Shown in pieces: positions 53,601 through 64,000 of a DNA stretch of 64,000 nucleotides. The translations under genes were made by a program, and so were the position numbers. Under the pieces are notes generated by a model, which searched no databases, was not told the origin of the DNA, and saw only the letters and a list, made by a program, of their open reading frames with translations. This DNA comes from Bugula neritina. Lineage: Eukaryota > Animalia > Bryozoa. The stretch is taken from positions 9,228,722-9,292,721 of the forward strand of contig OZ037766.1 of the NCBI GenBank assembly GCA_964035545.1, given 5' to 3'. Numbering within the stretch: the first letter of the stretch is position 1; each line of letters begins with the position of its first letter.

Positions 53601-56600
53601 TTCAATAGGCCAAGAATTTAGCTATAATAACAACCTATTGAAGGCATTCATAAAAGCTACACAAATTTCCAGTATCAGTATTAATGCAAAACGATGAAAT
53701 AGCAAAAGGGAAAATAACTCTGGAAATGCGTATTTAATGAAAATTACATTATACTGAAAGCTTAATCACAATAATAAGGCATTAGAAAGCTAGTGCAACT
53801 TAGCTACAATTACAGCATTCAAAATATACGCAACAGTAATTATAATACTGACACACGCAGTTACTTGAGAACAGTAGAGGATGAGAATCTATCACAATAG
53901 CACTCGATTAACAAAAAATATTTTGAAGTTACATGCATAATTGTCATTATTTCTTTTGTATTTTCCATAAACGTAATATTTTTTCAAAAACATGAATTTC
54001 CTCTATATAAATACATTTGAATTTATAGCAAACTAAAAAGCCATATATGGGAGTGCCATATCTGAAGTTCAAACGTGTTATGGTAGACCTGTTGGTTAAC
54101 GAAGACTTGAAATCAAATGTTAATAAAGATGAACAACCAACCAACAACCTAACATCCTCTTTCTCTCATCCACTAACTACCAACAAACCCATCTCTACAC
54201 ATCATCTCGTCAGTCTCAACTTCTCACTAACTTCTTACATCAATGTTGCATGCAATTATAACTACTTGTTTCAAGTTTTAGACTTTAAATTTTATAGTTT
54301 ATTTCTTACCATTTACTTGTAATATATCTGTATGGTTGCATGCTGTTATAGATCACTGGCCATCGGGGTTACTGCTACAAATTGATAAAATTACAATCAC
54401 TGCGTTTCCATTGCTTCGAATGGATCCATATGGAGGGATTTGTGGTTGTGAATTCATTTAATGCAACTGCTCCCAATCATCGATTGAGAAATCCGTTCGA
54501 ATAATCCGAAGCAATAGAAATGTAGTGTATATGTCTGGAAACCGTAATTTTGAGTTTCATATGTCGGCTGCTGTTTCAGGCAAATTTAGGCAGTAAAATT
54601 GATGAAATTAGTTGAGATATATTCTGTTCTGTTGACAGCCTCCGCCAGCTACACCTAACGTGATTTCTGTTGACCACAAGGCAGTTCAACATCGCTTTCC
54701 AATCCAACATGGCCACACTAAAGACTCCACCAATGAGTATATGGCATTCAGACAGCATTACTGTTTGTCCTGGGGGCCAGTCATAACTACCTTACAGCGC
54801 CTGGAGAGAGTACTGCAAGATTACGCTGTGCCTATAGCCTTTGTAAATGGGGACAAGCTGGCAGATCTAGCGTTAGAGTTCGATATGGAAATACAACCAA
54901 ACATCGATGAACTTTTGACGACCTTGGTGAATCATGAAGATGTAAAGGCTTTGATTAAAACTCCCGTAAGCTGCATAAGATTGTTTAATTGATGTGATTT
55001 TTCTTTAAATATTAAGTTCGCAGCTCATTAGGATTTTGACTTATACAGATAGTGAATTATAGAATTTGTGATGGCATAAAACATTATCTTAATGCTAGCA
55101 CAGCAAACACTGTTGATTTAAACTGTAATGCAATGTTGGTTACCAACAACTTATAAAGGTTTGTCTTTGCTGTAGTCAGTCACATGTTAAAAATATTCAA
55201 CTGCATTTGTATTCCAGGGTCAGAGATATAAAGGTCGAAATGGTGAGCATTCGGCTGCAACCCGTATACAATCCCAGTACCGAATGTATAAGCAGAGAAA
55301 AGCGTATTTAGAGTATCGCCACAGGAAGTGGGCTGCTGGGGTCATAGCTTTGACGTGGGTGATGAATGTCAAAATGGCTACCATGAAACGGCAACTCAAA
55401 GTCACTAGAAAAAGAGAAGTTGATCATTTCAAGGAGAGAGCTCAGGTAGTGTTTTCTACTATGAGTTGGCGTTTATCATGCAGCAACAGCTACAGTGTAG
55501 TCATTAAACTTGAAAATACTACAACTACTTGGTATGCTGCTTTTTACTGTCATTTTATAAGCATTATGTAGTAAAGAACAATAATAGCTATGATAAAACG
55601 TTGGTTATCAAATTGGACACATTTATTTTATCTTAAATTGATGCATCCTTTATAAATGCTAAATTCATTTTCAGTTTTTAGAAACTAATTAATTTTCTTA
55701 GAAGTAGGCAACTGCCAAATCTTCTGTTTTTAAAGAGTTTTAGTTTAACATAACCATAATCAAATGTTTAAATGCTTAGAGACTTTCATTATTAAAAATT
55801 ATAGATTTCTGTTTGGATAATTATTGAGTCTTTTTTAGTTTTTTGCATGTTTATTGTAACCGTTTAAAATAAACACACTTTCAATAATGTTTATTTAGAT
55901 GCTATCACTATCTTGGCACCGTATAAAAAGAAGCAGACGTGTTATTATTCACGTACCTTCACTGGGCTATGCACAGAGAGTGAGAGATACTATCAAAGAG
56001 TTTGGCACTTTACAGAACTCACAAATGGCACGGCTGTGTGACATCAGAGGTACGTGATACAGATTCTATTGAACGAAAATGTCTACAGATTTATTGATCC
56101 TCACTTCTGTACTGTTCTCTACGTTTAGTTCATAACTCTCATGTTTCAGATCCAAATGTGGACGTGATATATGTTTCGCCTGTTCCTGTCAATGACGAGT
56201 GCATGCAGTATTACGCTAAACTCATGGCACTCAAACCGGCTGTAGATTCTGGAAATGTAGAGGACCAGGCCGAAGTTGACGACAGATACAAGATCGTTGT
56301 ACCTGAAGCCATCAAGAGTTTTCCTGTAAATATCTTTACATCTGGCCACCACCTTATGTATATATTCATTCTTATGTCAAGTGAATTGCAAACTGGCCTG
56401 GCTAGTTTAGTTCTGGTTTACTTCAAGTACAACACAGCTGCAAGTATATATGATATTGTTGTAGACTCATAACATGTGTCTCAGCACTCACTTGAAGTAT
56501 AGTCCTAAGGCGTTAAAAAGGATTCGTGCTCTCATCAACGGCAGAGAGGCTTATATGGTGACAGGAATGCCCCATGAAGACGATCTCTCTGTTGCGGAAT

Positions 56601-59600
56601 TTCTCAACGTTCCGATTCTTGGCCCAGAACCAGATGTTGCTCATCTATACTCATCTAAGTCAGGCTCTAAGCGCATATTTCAAAGGTGAGCGTTGGCCGT
56701 ATAACATGCTATGCACAGCATGAAGTTGGAAATAAAGTTAGTTGCGTTTCTTACAGTTTGAATTGCTTCACAACTCATTTCATTATTGGGGAGTTTTAAA
56801 AAAAGCCACAGCAGCACACAGTTTACTCTCAACAGTTTTTGTTTCATCAAATTGGGTTTTTAACATCAATTTTAGGAATTGGTTACACAGGCTAATTTGG
56901 CCATAGAAAACAACATAATTTTCATACCACCAGTATTTACTATTTAGGTCGCAGCCTTTAACCAGAATGAAATTTTTTTCCATTCTTGTAATAATTCATT
57001 ATATTTTATGATTTTAGTGCTAACATAAAGATTCCACCCGGTGAATTTGATATTTACACTTTTCCGCAGCTGCATGATTCACTAGCACAACTAATTACTG
57101 ATAACCTGGATGTAAGAACCTGGCTATTCAAGATGGATCATGAGTTTGATGGTAGGTTGAGGAGTTTCAACAAACGTTCATCTATACTTTATTGGATAAA
57201 GAGAATTCAGTTTAGTGTCGAGGGGAGGGTGGGGTGGGTGATTAACACTTGAAATCTAAATCAAGATTTTACAACCACACTATTTCAACATTGCTAGTTG
57301 GTGTCTAGATTGATTGAGATATAATGTAGCTATTGCTGGGTTAGTAGTTTGTAAACTGTTGAAGTTCACTGATATTATAAACAATTTTTATTATATTTGA
57401 AAACAAATAAAATGTTTTATGATATATAATATATATCATAAAGCTATACATATTATGTGTAGCTTTATCGATCATAACAAATGTTGCATTGATGATTCAA
57501 ATAGTGACATTTTGCACAGATTTCAGTGTTGACAGATATTGTACAGTCTAGCTGTATACCTTCAGGTAGAGGTACAGCTTACTGCCATATTGCCGACCAC
57601 TTAAGGTGCTACATGTGGGCCAGGAAGGAGTGTGAGAGATATGGTGATAAATGGTCCAAGAAGTGGGCTCAAGAACCAGTTTTCAACAAGATACACAGCG
57701 AACTACCTCACATATTGGAGAACCACTGTGAAACGGTCCACAAGAATGTCTACAGTACATGGCAGCAATTTCTAGCAGCTTTTCTTTCTAGAGGTGAGTG
57801 GTTTGGCTGCCTGAAATTTTGTTTAAAGGTTACTTGCTGTAAAATATGTTGAGTAGTGATAATTTGAAACTAATATACGCTACTTATTTATTACTTGAAA
57901 AAATAGTATTATTGAAAATAATCCTTCAGCAATTAAGTAAAGCATCATCTTTTATATCAATTTTCATAGTAACTGATATTATTGGTGTTCTGTAGTTTTG
58001 ATTTATATATAGGCCTAATATATTCAACTTGTTAGATTGTTTTAGCACCACTTATTATATTGCTAAAATATAATTATTACTACTTACTTTTGTATGTTGT
58101 ATTAGGCGGAGTTGTAGAGGCCACTCCCCCTAGTGACTCAGTCACTTGTTTAGCAGTGAACATGCTAATAGAGCCGGATGGCCAAATAAGCATTGTGTCT
58201 TCTGGAGATCAAATACACGCTGAAAGTCCATACAGGTGATTATTTACCGTACAATATGACTTGATGAACTGCGCGATATGACTTGATGTACTGTACGATA
58301 TGACTTGATGTACTGTACGATATGACTTGATGTTCTGTACAATATAACTTGATGTACTGTACAATATGACTTGATGTACTGTACGATATGACTTGATGTA
58401 CTGTACGATATGACTTGATGTACTGTACAATATGACTTGATGTACTGTACGATATGACTTGATGTACCGTACAATATAACTTGATGTACTGTACGATATG
58501 ACTTGATGTACTGTACGATATGACTTGATGTACTCTACAACATGACTTGATGTACTGTACAACATAACTTGATGTACTGTACAATATAACTTGATGTACT
58601 CTACAACATGACTGTGCTATTAGGTGCTGGGGTCTCTCAACTCCTCAATGTTCCGTGGAGCCCGAAGATCTCAACAAATCCTGTAAACTGATAGCTAATG
58701 CTTGCAAAGCCAGAGGAATTGTGGGATACTTTGCTATTGACTTTGTCACTTATATAGACGCTAGAACGGTGAGTTTTATAAATTGCTTAATAATTTCGTC
58801 ACTTTTCAACAGGACTTTAATGCTAATTTATTGTTTCAACGTGGTAATCTAGGTTTTAAAATACAGTTGCTTAGTATCAGGTCGATAAAACTTTTATTTT
58901 TTCATATTTTAATTTTTAACTTTTTTCATTAGTTAAAATTTGCAATTTGAGTTAAAGCTGTATAACATTGATTAGGTTGAAACAAAAAATTAGCAAGTAT
59001 CTGAATAGTACGGAGTTCAAAACAGAACTGACTTACACATGATTTCATTGAATATAAATGTTACCTAGTTTGAAGTAATTGGTAACACCGACTTTGGTTA
59101 TGAAACGGGGAGTCAAACGTATTTGATAACTATAAGTTTCGAGCAGCATGTGTGGAAAGTTGTGTGTCCCTGCCTTGGTTAATTGAAAAATGTTTACTGC
59201 ATTCTTATAGGATTACTCATGACTTGCAACCCATGATTTTAGGTTAGTTAGGGATTAGTCATAAGTGAAAGAAAGATTATATGCTTACAAAATATTTAAA
59301 TAAGAATTTTCAAACTATTAGAAAAAAATTGTTGCCTCAAAATGACAAATGATAATATATCTGAGTGGGCAATACAAAGCAGGCGCTATTCAAGATTAAT
59401 ATACCAGCACGCTATTTTATTTAGGGCAATCAAGAGTGTTGGGCAGTGGACCTGAATCTCCACTATGATGACAGCATAGCCATGAACTGTTTAGTAAACT
59501 TTATGACCAACGGTGTGTTCAACGCCAATGACCATGTTTTCAACATCACACCTCCCATACAAGAGAGTAGGCGACAACGGAGAAGGCGTCATCAATCAGC

Positions 59601-60698
59601 AGAAGAAGAGGTAAATCTTTTTTAATAATTTTTTTTTAATCATGAAAATTTTATAGCACATCTCTATATGCTACTGTGCAGGTTAGATAAGTTTTAAAAT
59701 AGTTAGTATGATAGGTTGTTGATGTACTCTACTCTAATTGTAGTTCTGACTTTGTACTAACACTGGACTCTGCTATTCTTTTAGTTGCCTCCAACTGCTG
59801 ACAGATATGCTGTTTACAGTTCCAAGTTACAGCATTCTAACCTCACTGTAGTTCACTACAGCGTTTTCTTTCAGATGTGCAGAGCCCACGGCATTGGTTT
59901 CGACGTCAGGGTATGCTTACACTCAGATCAATTGCAAAGTTTGGTGTGCCATGAAGCCATAGAAGCTTTTGATCGTGGTTAATAATCTAGGCCACTATTT
60001 CATACAGTAGTTTAATTATTTTTTTATTTTTTCTAGGAAAAGCAAGGTACCATATTCACTTTGATTGACAGCTTCAACAGAGAACACTTGGGAATGTTGT
60101 AAGTTTACTTTGTGTTCTACATAATTATGTATTGCTATTTGTTTTAAATTGTGTGTCACAATATGTGTCTATGTATTATGAAAAGAAAATGTAATTTTAT
60201 TAAGACAACTGTTGAATTGGGGTGCAATATTTTCAAACCTTACTTGAACTATGGTTTTATGTTTTTGAGCATCACTGCAGCTATATAGTTTTCTCTGTTC
60301 TAGAACAATTGGGGATAATCTACAAGGAGCCCTGGCTACATTCGCACGTAATATGTCTTGTATACATCAGGAGATTTCTGCCCCCAATATGCAAGGTCAC
60401 ACCAACTTCAAGGTAAGACTGGGTTTGGATGCATACTATTTATATGAGAAATGATGGGTGATTGGTAATACTATTTCGGTAGATTTTAGCATCTCTGTTA
60501 CCGTGAGCCATATGTTGACAACATGACGCCTTATGAGTACCAATTAACTATACGAGAATCATTTGAATAGAAAGATGTAGGTGTGTAAAATTTAGTGATT
60601 ATGTTGTATTTTATATTTAGAATGCTATAGAAGATATAGAAAACATACTAGGAACTACTATACAGAATGCCAATGAAGTTGAAGACAATGAAGAGTAA
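41639..60698 (+). CDS. IQCH: IQ motif-containing protein H (~20 exons, e.g. 41639-41722, 41986-42090, 42715-42890, 43466-43640, 44562-44820, 45373-45590, 54639-54965, 55218-55445 ... 60621-60698)
   Basis: N-terminal [46 protein letters not shown] motif [25 protein letters not shown]...[44 protein letters not shown]. These are IQCH-family features, and the junctions checked are GT-AG and in phase. Confidence 0.93.
46548..47113 (-). repeat. 3' LTR
   Basis: Direct repeat of 53331-53896; adjacent polypurine tract GGGGGGAGAA (minus strand, 47114-47123). Confidence 0.97.
47300..52399 (-). CDS. pol: Retrotransposon Pol (protease, RT, RNase H, integrase), likely translated by -1 frameshift from gag
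   Basis: LLDTGC protease, YLDD reverse transcriptase, LDTDAS RNase H, HHCC plus D-D-E integrase, GPY motif. The frame is open from 52411 and overlaps the gag end in the -1 frame. Confidence 0.95.
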   Translation of the reverse strand, partial: FKHPRLTVTSANRGPHANPIRDRTRRGEEETSTGSADTEWQRPRRPRRPQGLPDPPAVSLETRMQLEEAGWQAPRRSRRPQGLPDPPAWPLQNRFAGLPEEVVEEVSAYSQEYPKLPSRPQKTPVVSKTKRRPAVRTQVVSPPETDRSRSTQPYGSSYFLPGKISGKAATFLLDTGCTTNLLSRRLFDTLGARERASLEPYEGAHGTLADGSCIPFYGVISLPGRVRDQAIHETFIVSQLKEDAILGMPFLEKHQCHMDFQKSVVVMAGKELVCVDKFGRPLVGGVQVVRDCTVPGRSQATLRCRVNCKGIAGLGVVEGTHGAIRLANSLNRLDCRQELLVQCINPFTEPVRLSAGALVGKYHSIQEADVGPALETVADTQGNPPHTRRGAVPEHMADLYDGACGNCTSSTERQVLAQLLAEYSDVFSRGDGDMGLTKVISHEIPLAAGTTPIRQPTRRLGPEKEKEVSRQVQDLLDRDLIEPAHDAWSSPVVLVKKKDGSWRFCVDYRRLNSVTIQDAYPLPRIDESLDALAGSKYFSTLDLLSGYWQVPLSPDAQDKAAFITRDGLWKWKVLPFGLTSAPATFQRLMEQVLSGLHWKTLLIYLDDVIVISPDFSTHVSRLREVFDRLRAAGLKLKPSKCALLQPEVTYLGHVVGRDGVATDPEKVQAVKEWTVPRDLPELRAFLGLVGYYRQYIPGFAGVAQPLNRLTAKGVRWQWTQEEQQAFDHLKQRLMEAPILAYPDPAQEYILDTDASDHSVGAVLSQVQGGSEVVVAYYSKTLAAAEKNYCTTRKELLAVVKAVKHFRPYLYGRTFRLRTDHASLIWLCKRAEPSSQVARWLEILAEFSYRIEHRAGRKHGNADGMSRRPVGDCKQCLHIEKRDGGPARLDVETELGEGAVYRWEHGHLRTETHSDDVQALHANPTLYQNVKELCRLQETLPGAVADIFRAKKEGRRPSEEQQRQGDVEFQLLCRRWDALKVSPDGLLMITLAADNRQQERDRVVCPRALRRELIWDTHKQAHSGVSRVIRCLRLRWYWPGMTRDVRLRVRQCEVCQASKHGRPTETTGRRRLYAGRPWQVVAVDLVGPMPLSARGNTWILVLTDHFTRWADALAIPDATAPTVARTLDQHVFCYLGLPEQIHTDQGAQFQSQLMGDLCRIWGVNQSRTTPYHPQGNGVVERNNRMLGDALRSLLLGRGQEEWDVVLPQIMRAYRSTPHSATQETPNFLMLGRETRVPEHLTYHVPAPESPVHEYVEGLIDIMGKAHDALRTQQWQTRTEDSEEPPLYQVGDWVWMVSYRRRRGQSAKLQPKFVGPYCVVEVLPNHTYRVERSGQVSVQSEQRLKPYHASPDAVGEAPPLLEPHRQPNRRGRATQPREVEIVVPRESDQEQAALIEQLERQQREEREQEQREALGPPPSLGEDTPTPVLGEGGDPPTRVAQEPPTPQVPVPIERSQRSRRPPRYLADYAVGHLEWPPHEDNPPSTDDHPILTGNSLHHPGEFHQEEDFTQLARELQLKLNSNPDTPKYNLNTVIQTLASAMGVTSPDTQTEERKDTEEASRSDSPPPPAPVSAPRSQQYDTPSSEVCSASVSGPDPEPVELQLIAGEEQGTLYGDHLAGRDEEDSPILAMPRALVARQYWISGAPGNQIEEQTQPTHPQLPRHGQSMALPYRECVLDSAIEAWSHILDPSTEEIESLVHHL
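52375..53280 (-). CDS. gag: Retrotransposon Gag (301 aa)
   Basis: Retrotrans_gag-like core ([20 protein letters not shown]) and CCHC zinc knuckle [14 protein letters not shown]. Confidence 0.93.
   Translation of the reverse strand: MAPGDSAPEAATPPALTVEALVTALQGLRGQGQASPGDRYRLQPPNFGGEGDVEQFIREFQDVATIAEWPVRVRILQLRACLTGRAKSFALGPDEEHIMRALRARFGLSAEEAADRLQIMRRDRKTPLEDHANEVERLAQAAFGHATGDDRKRLVYNAFFRSVNHPDLQRHWLAAKVNSIEEALEMGKAYFQVEEPRRPSYTARQVVEEHEETTPLPTPQVAAAATKSPEQTQLTMLMDMMKGLQATVTKLQNEQADRRAPRSRDNPVRPSLLTCWGCGAQGHVRRHCPRGQGPLNTQGSR
53312..53329 (-). other. Primer binding site complementary to the tRNA-Leu 3' end
   Basis: Minus-strand TGGTGGCAGCGGTGGGAT is the complement of ...ATCCCACCGCTGCCA-CCA, the 3' end of animal tRNA-Leu(AAG/TAG type); 1 nt from the 5' LTR. 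Confidence 0.9.
53331..53896 (-). repeat. 5' LTR
   Basis: No differences from the other LTR seen on manual comparison; contains minus-strand TATAAAAG and AATAAA. Confidence 0.97.
58245..58613. repeat. 22-bp minisatellite (consensus ATATGACTTGATGTACTGTACG), ~16-17 copies
   Basis: Direct reading of the array; the six-frame ORFs show a 22-aa period (3 units). It occupies almost all of IQCH intron 58236-58623. Confidence 0.95.
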
Positions 60699-61024
60699 CT
60701 TATATTCTAATTATATGAACATTCCTACTTACGTAAGAAGGCATATTAACTAGTTCTAGAAGTAGTTGTAAATATCGGTATCTGTTATTTTATTTATATA
60801 CAGTACACATTATATAAACTAATACTGCAGTTACATTGATATGACTTTGAATATGCTTAGTTTTGTTCATTATATTCAGTCATAATAATAAAGAAAAAGA
60901 AAACACACACAGCTAATTAAACCTAATTTAATCTTTCAGAAAAAACCAACAGTTCAAGACAAATTTACTCAGTTTTTATTTCTATGTAAAAGTTGGCGTA
61001 ACTTAACTTTGTAATCTATCTGAC

Positions 61025-63992
61025 TCAAGCTGTTGTGTAACTGTTGATTGAATCACGTCTTACAGGTTGATTCTCTAGCTTGTCGACTGCATCTGCTTGA
61101 TGATATGTTACCTGAATAACAAAATGGCGATATAAGCAAACTAGCGGTGATATAACTAATATTTAAATCATTTAAACAAAATGGCATCATTTTTGTAGTT
61201 TTACTAGAATATATAAAATGTATTAAATATAGGTCTTACATTTCTTTTCTTCAGCACAACCATTGCTGTTATCAAGATCCCAAACATCATAGAGACCATA
61301 ACTCCAACTAACACAAACAGGCCAGCAGTACTAGGAGTGCTATATGCATTCTACAAAAAGAAATGCAGGAAAGCATATAGTTTTTGATATAGAGTAGAAA
61401 CCTGCAATGCATAATGTCCAATTATTACAACAAAAATGTTTTCAAAATAAAGTAGAACAAAGTGTAATTGCTTTCTTTAAAAATCAGAGCAAGACTATTG
61501 ACACACTTTTTGGATTACAATATCAAGTGGCTACCGGCAAGTGAGTAAAAGTTGTAATAACCACCAGATTTCATTTCTACTCACCACATCTTTAGTAGCA
61601 GATAAGCTCAATTTCTTATTATGAGCTTGAATAATACTTTTAAGTTTCTCATGAGCTTGACTATTGACACTGGGTACATCTCTTTTGCTTCTTGCCGCAC
61701 TGTCCTGTGTGCCAGTATCCAGCATGCACTGTTTACACGTAATAGGGCAGATCTCCAAGATACCAGGTACACTGCAGAGGTTAGGTTCGCACAGGGGGTC
61801 TTCCCCAGGAATATCAGAACAAGGTGAACAATCTGCCTTCACTTCTAATACCAGTCTAAAATGTAAGTAATCAAAGTGAATTCCTAGATATGAATTGCTT
61901 TTCGATACCTGAAAAGTAAAATATGTTGGCAGTACATAAAAATGAGTTGCTTAGTTATATAGACACAAAATATTGAGCAACTATGCAAATTTTTTGGATT
62001 CTTCCCACAATGCTTAGACTCAAACAAAGCAGCTTATCTGTTTTTCTGACTGAGCTAAGAAACAGCGTATCATTTCAGTATTTATCTGCTTATTCAGTAA
62101 CTAATGAAATAAAGCAAATTCCTCAGCTGCAAAAAATCTACTGCAGCAAATAATTAATTACAAAAATTATCTGAGGTGAAGTAATCTAGTAATTGCTTTG
62201 TATTTTCACGGCCTAGCAAAACCAAAAATCATAATATATTAACCAACTCCTATGTAAACATTGCTGAATGTTATCGAAAAGCTATTTTATAAACTGAGAG
62301 AAAAACAGAATACTTTGCTGTAAAGACTCACATAGTCTTAGGCTCTGGGCGCACGCCAAGCTCCTTAATAACTTTGCTAGTTCCATCTTTTCTATCGATG
62401 AACACATCAAATCTAATCTCGTCAACATATCCAACAGGATTGGAACGGCCAGGATCAGCATCAAATACAGTGACAAATATACTGAAATTCTAAAAACACA
62501 AACAATAACAAATAGTATTATTTGTTCGTTTTATGAGACAAACGCCCAAGTGTCTATAATATAAGTAAACCAGTTGAAGGAGCAAAAAACATTAACATTT
62601 TTCATGTAGCTTTTCACTGTTCTATTTGGTAGGTAGATGTAATATTTCACAGATAATTCAACTCATTCTCACAGATTACATGAAAGCTACATAATTAGTT
62701 AGCAGTTAGCATCCTCACCGCCCAGTCATAGCCAGAAAGTCGAGCAACAAACGGATTTTCCCAGCCGGAGACATTCAGAGTTGCGAAATCAATCTCAGTT
62801 GACTCAGCCATTACTGGAGTGAAGAAGTTGTAATAGGAGCAGTCCCTAAAGCAAATAGCAATTCATAGTAAACAGTCACTGCTATGCATAAAGCTACAAG
62901 TATTTCACTGTGTTGTCTGCATGGTACAAAGAACAGTCCTTGGCCCACCTGAAACCCTTGTCATGGGGGAAGGAGGGGGGGGGTGGTGGGTTTTCATAGG
63001 GGTGTAGACTTGAAACAAAAGCTATTATTTTTTACAGTTAAATATTTACCTGCCATAATGTTTAATTTAACTACTAGCCCATAAATTTAGCACTAAGAAT
63101 AGCAAAATTAGAAAAAAATATGTCTTAATTTATCCAAACATCTTAAATGGCTAATTTATTCAAACAATTAACAAACATATATTTTAATTACTTTTGTAAG
63201 CTGCTCAAAGGTCCAATACATATATCAAATTGAATGTCACACATATCATCTGGGTTTTGAGATTGAATGGAATCACATGGACGTCCGATGGCTGTGATAT
63301 CATCTGGGTTAGTGAAGTTTATAAAGGTAACTTCAAGGTTAGTAAGCATGGTGTCTGTGCAAGGTTTCTCTGTAGTGGTGGTAGGTGTGGTGGTTGTAGG
63401 CGTTGTGGTAGTTGTTGGTGTAGTCGTTGTGGTTGTAGTTGGTGTTGTGGTAGTGGTTGTTGTAGTACTAGGAGTGCTATATGCATTCTACAAAAAGAAA
63501 TGCAGGAAAGCATATAGTTTTTGATATAGAGTTGAAACCTGCAATGCATAATGTCCAATTATTACAACAAAAATGTTTTCAAAATAAAGTAGAACAAAGT
63601 GTAATTGCTTTCTTTACAAATCAGAGCAAGACTATCGACACACTTTTTGGATTACAATATCATGTGGCTACCGGCAAGTGAGTAAAAGTTGTAATAACCA
63701 CCAGATTTCATTTCTACTCACCACATCTTTAGTAGCAGATAAGCTCAATTTCTTATTATGAGCTTGAATAATACTTTTAAGTTTCTCATGAGCTTGACTA
63801 TTGACACTGGGTACATCTCTTTTGCTTCTTGCCGCACTGTCCTGTGAGCCAGTATCCAGCATGCACTGTTTACACGTAATGGGGCAGACCTCCAAGACAC
63901 CAGGTACACTGCAGAGGTTAGGTTCACACAGGGGGTCTTCCCCAGGAATATCAGAACAAGGTGAACAATCTGCCTTCACTTCCAACACCAGT
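61025..63992 (-). CDS. 3' part of a type I membrane protein: ShKT-RSKR-Thr-rich-C2/MNNL-like-ShKT-RSKR-TM-short tail; exons 63992-63722, 63487-63192, 62845-62719, 62489-62332, 61855-61585, 61350-61240, 61111-61025; 5' end beyond the window
   Basis: All seven exons join in frame through GT-AG introns. ShKT-type CSD...C..LC.....CPITCKQC twice, poly-Thr/Pro stalk, MNNL-like Cys/aromatic pattern, TM segment GLFVLVGVMVSMMFGILITAMVVL followed by KKR, and a tail ending YTTA*. Confidence 0.8.
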
Positions 63993-64000
63993 CTAAAATG
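61327..64000. repeat. Intragenic tandem duplication, period 2137 bp (61327-61863 vs 63464-64000)
   Basis: The two 537-bp segments, exon and intron included, differ at only ~11 positions by manual comparison. Confidence 0.95.

Larger units (their letters stand above)
46548..53896 (-). mobile_element. Full-length Ty3/Gypsy LTR retrotransposon (7349 bp), antisense in an IQCH intron
   Basis: Two 566-bp LTRs (TG...CA), 4-bp TSD ATAG (46544-46547, 53897-53900), tRNA-Leu PBS, PPT, intact gag and pol with PR-RT-RH-IN order. Confidence 0.98.

Noticed and set aside
58209-58584. Repetitive ORFs / CRISPR-like array
   Set aside because: Contiguous 22-bp tandem repeat with no unique spacers, lying in a eukaryotic intron.
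61531-63988. Two separate small ShK genes, as the ORF track suggests
   Set aside because: Both ORFs begin at splice acceptors, lack ATG and signal peptide, and splice in frame into one continuous gene.

Overview
AT-rich, intron-rich eukaryotic (invertebrate animal) genomic DNA; the taxon cannot be determined from the window. Gene models were assembled by hand from ORF fragments and GT-AG splice sites. Left to right: a tandem pair of neuronal calcium sensor genes on the minus strand (neurocalcin/hippocalcin-like and NCS-2-like), POLDIP3 (+), TOMM40 (-), a PIF/Harbinger-type MITE, PGS1 (+), and IQCH (+). IQCH carries a full-length, apparently very young Ty3/Gypsy LTR retrotransposon and a 22-bp minisatellite in its introns. 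At the right end is the 3' part of an unusual minus-strand type I membrane protein gene. It is built from a recently duplicated ~2.1-kb module: Thr-rich stalk, Notch-ligand-like C2/MNNL domain, ShKT domain and an RSKR furin site. The two most unusual signals are this MNNL-ShKT modular protein and 0.15-1.4 kb 'drifting' 6-bp-periodic tracts, seen essentially only around gene 5' ends, where they bracket CpG-containing islands.
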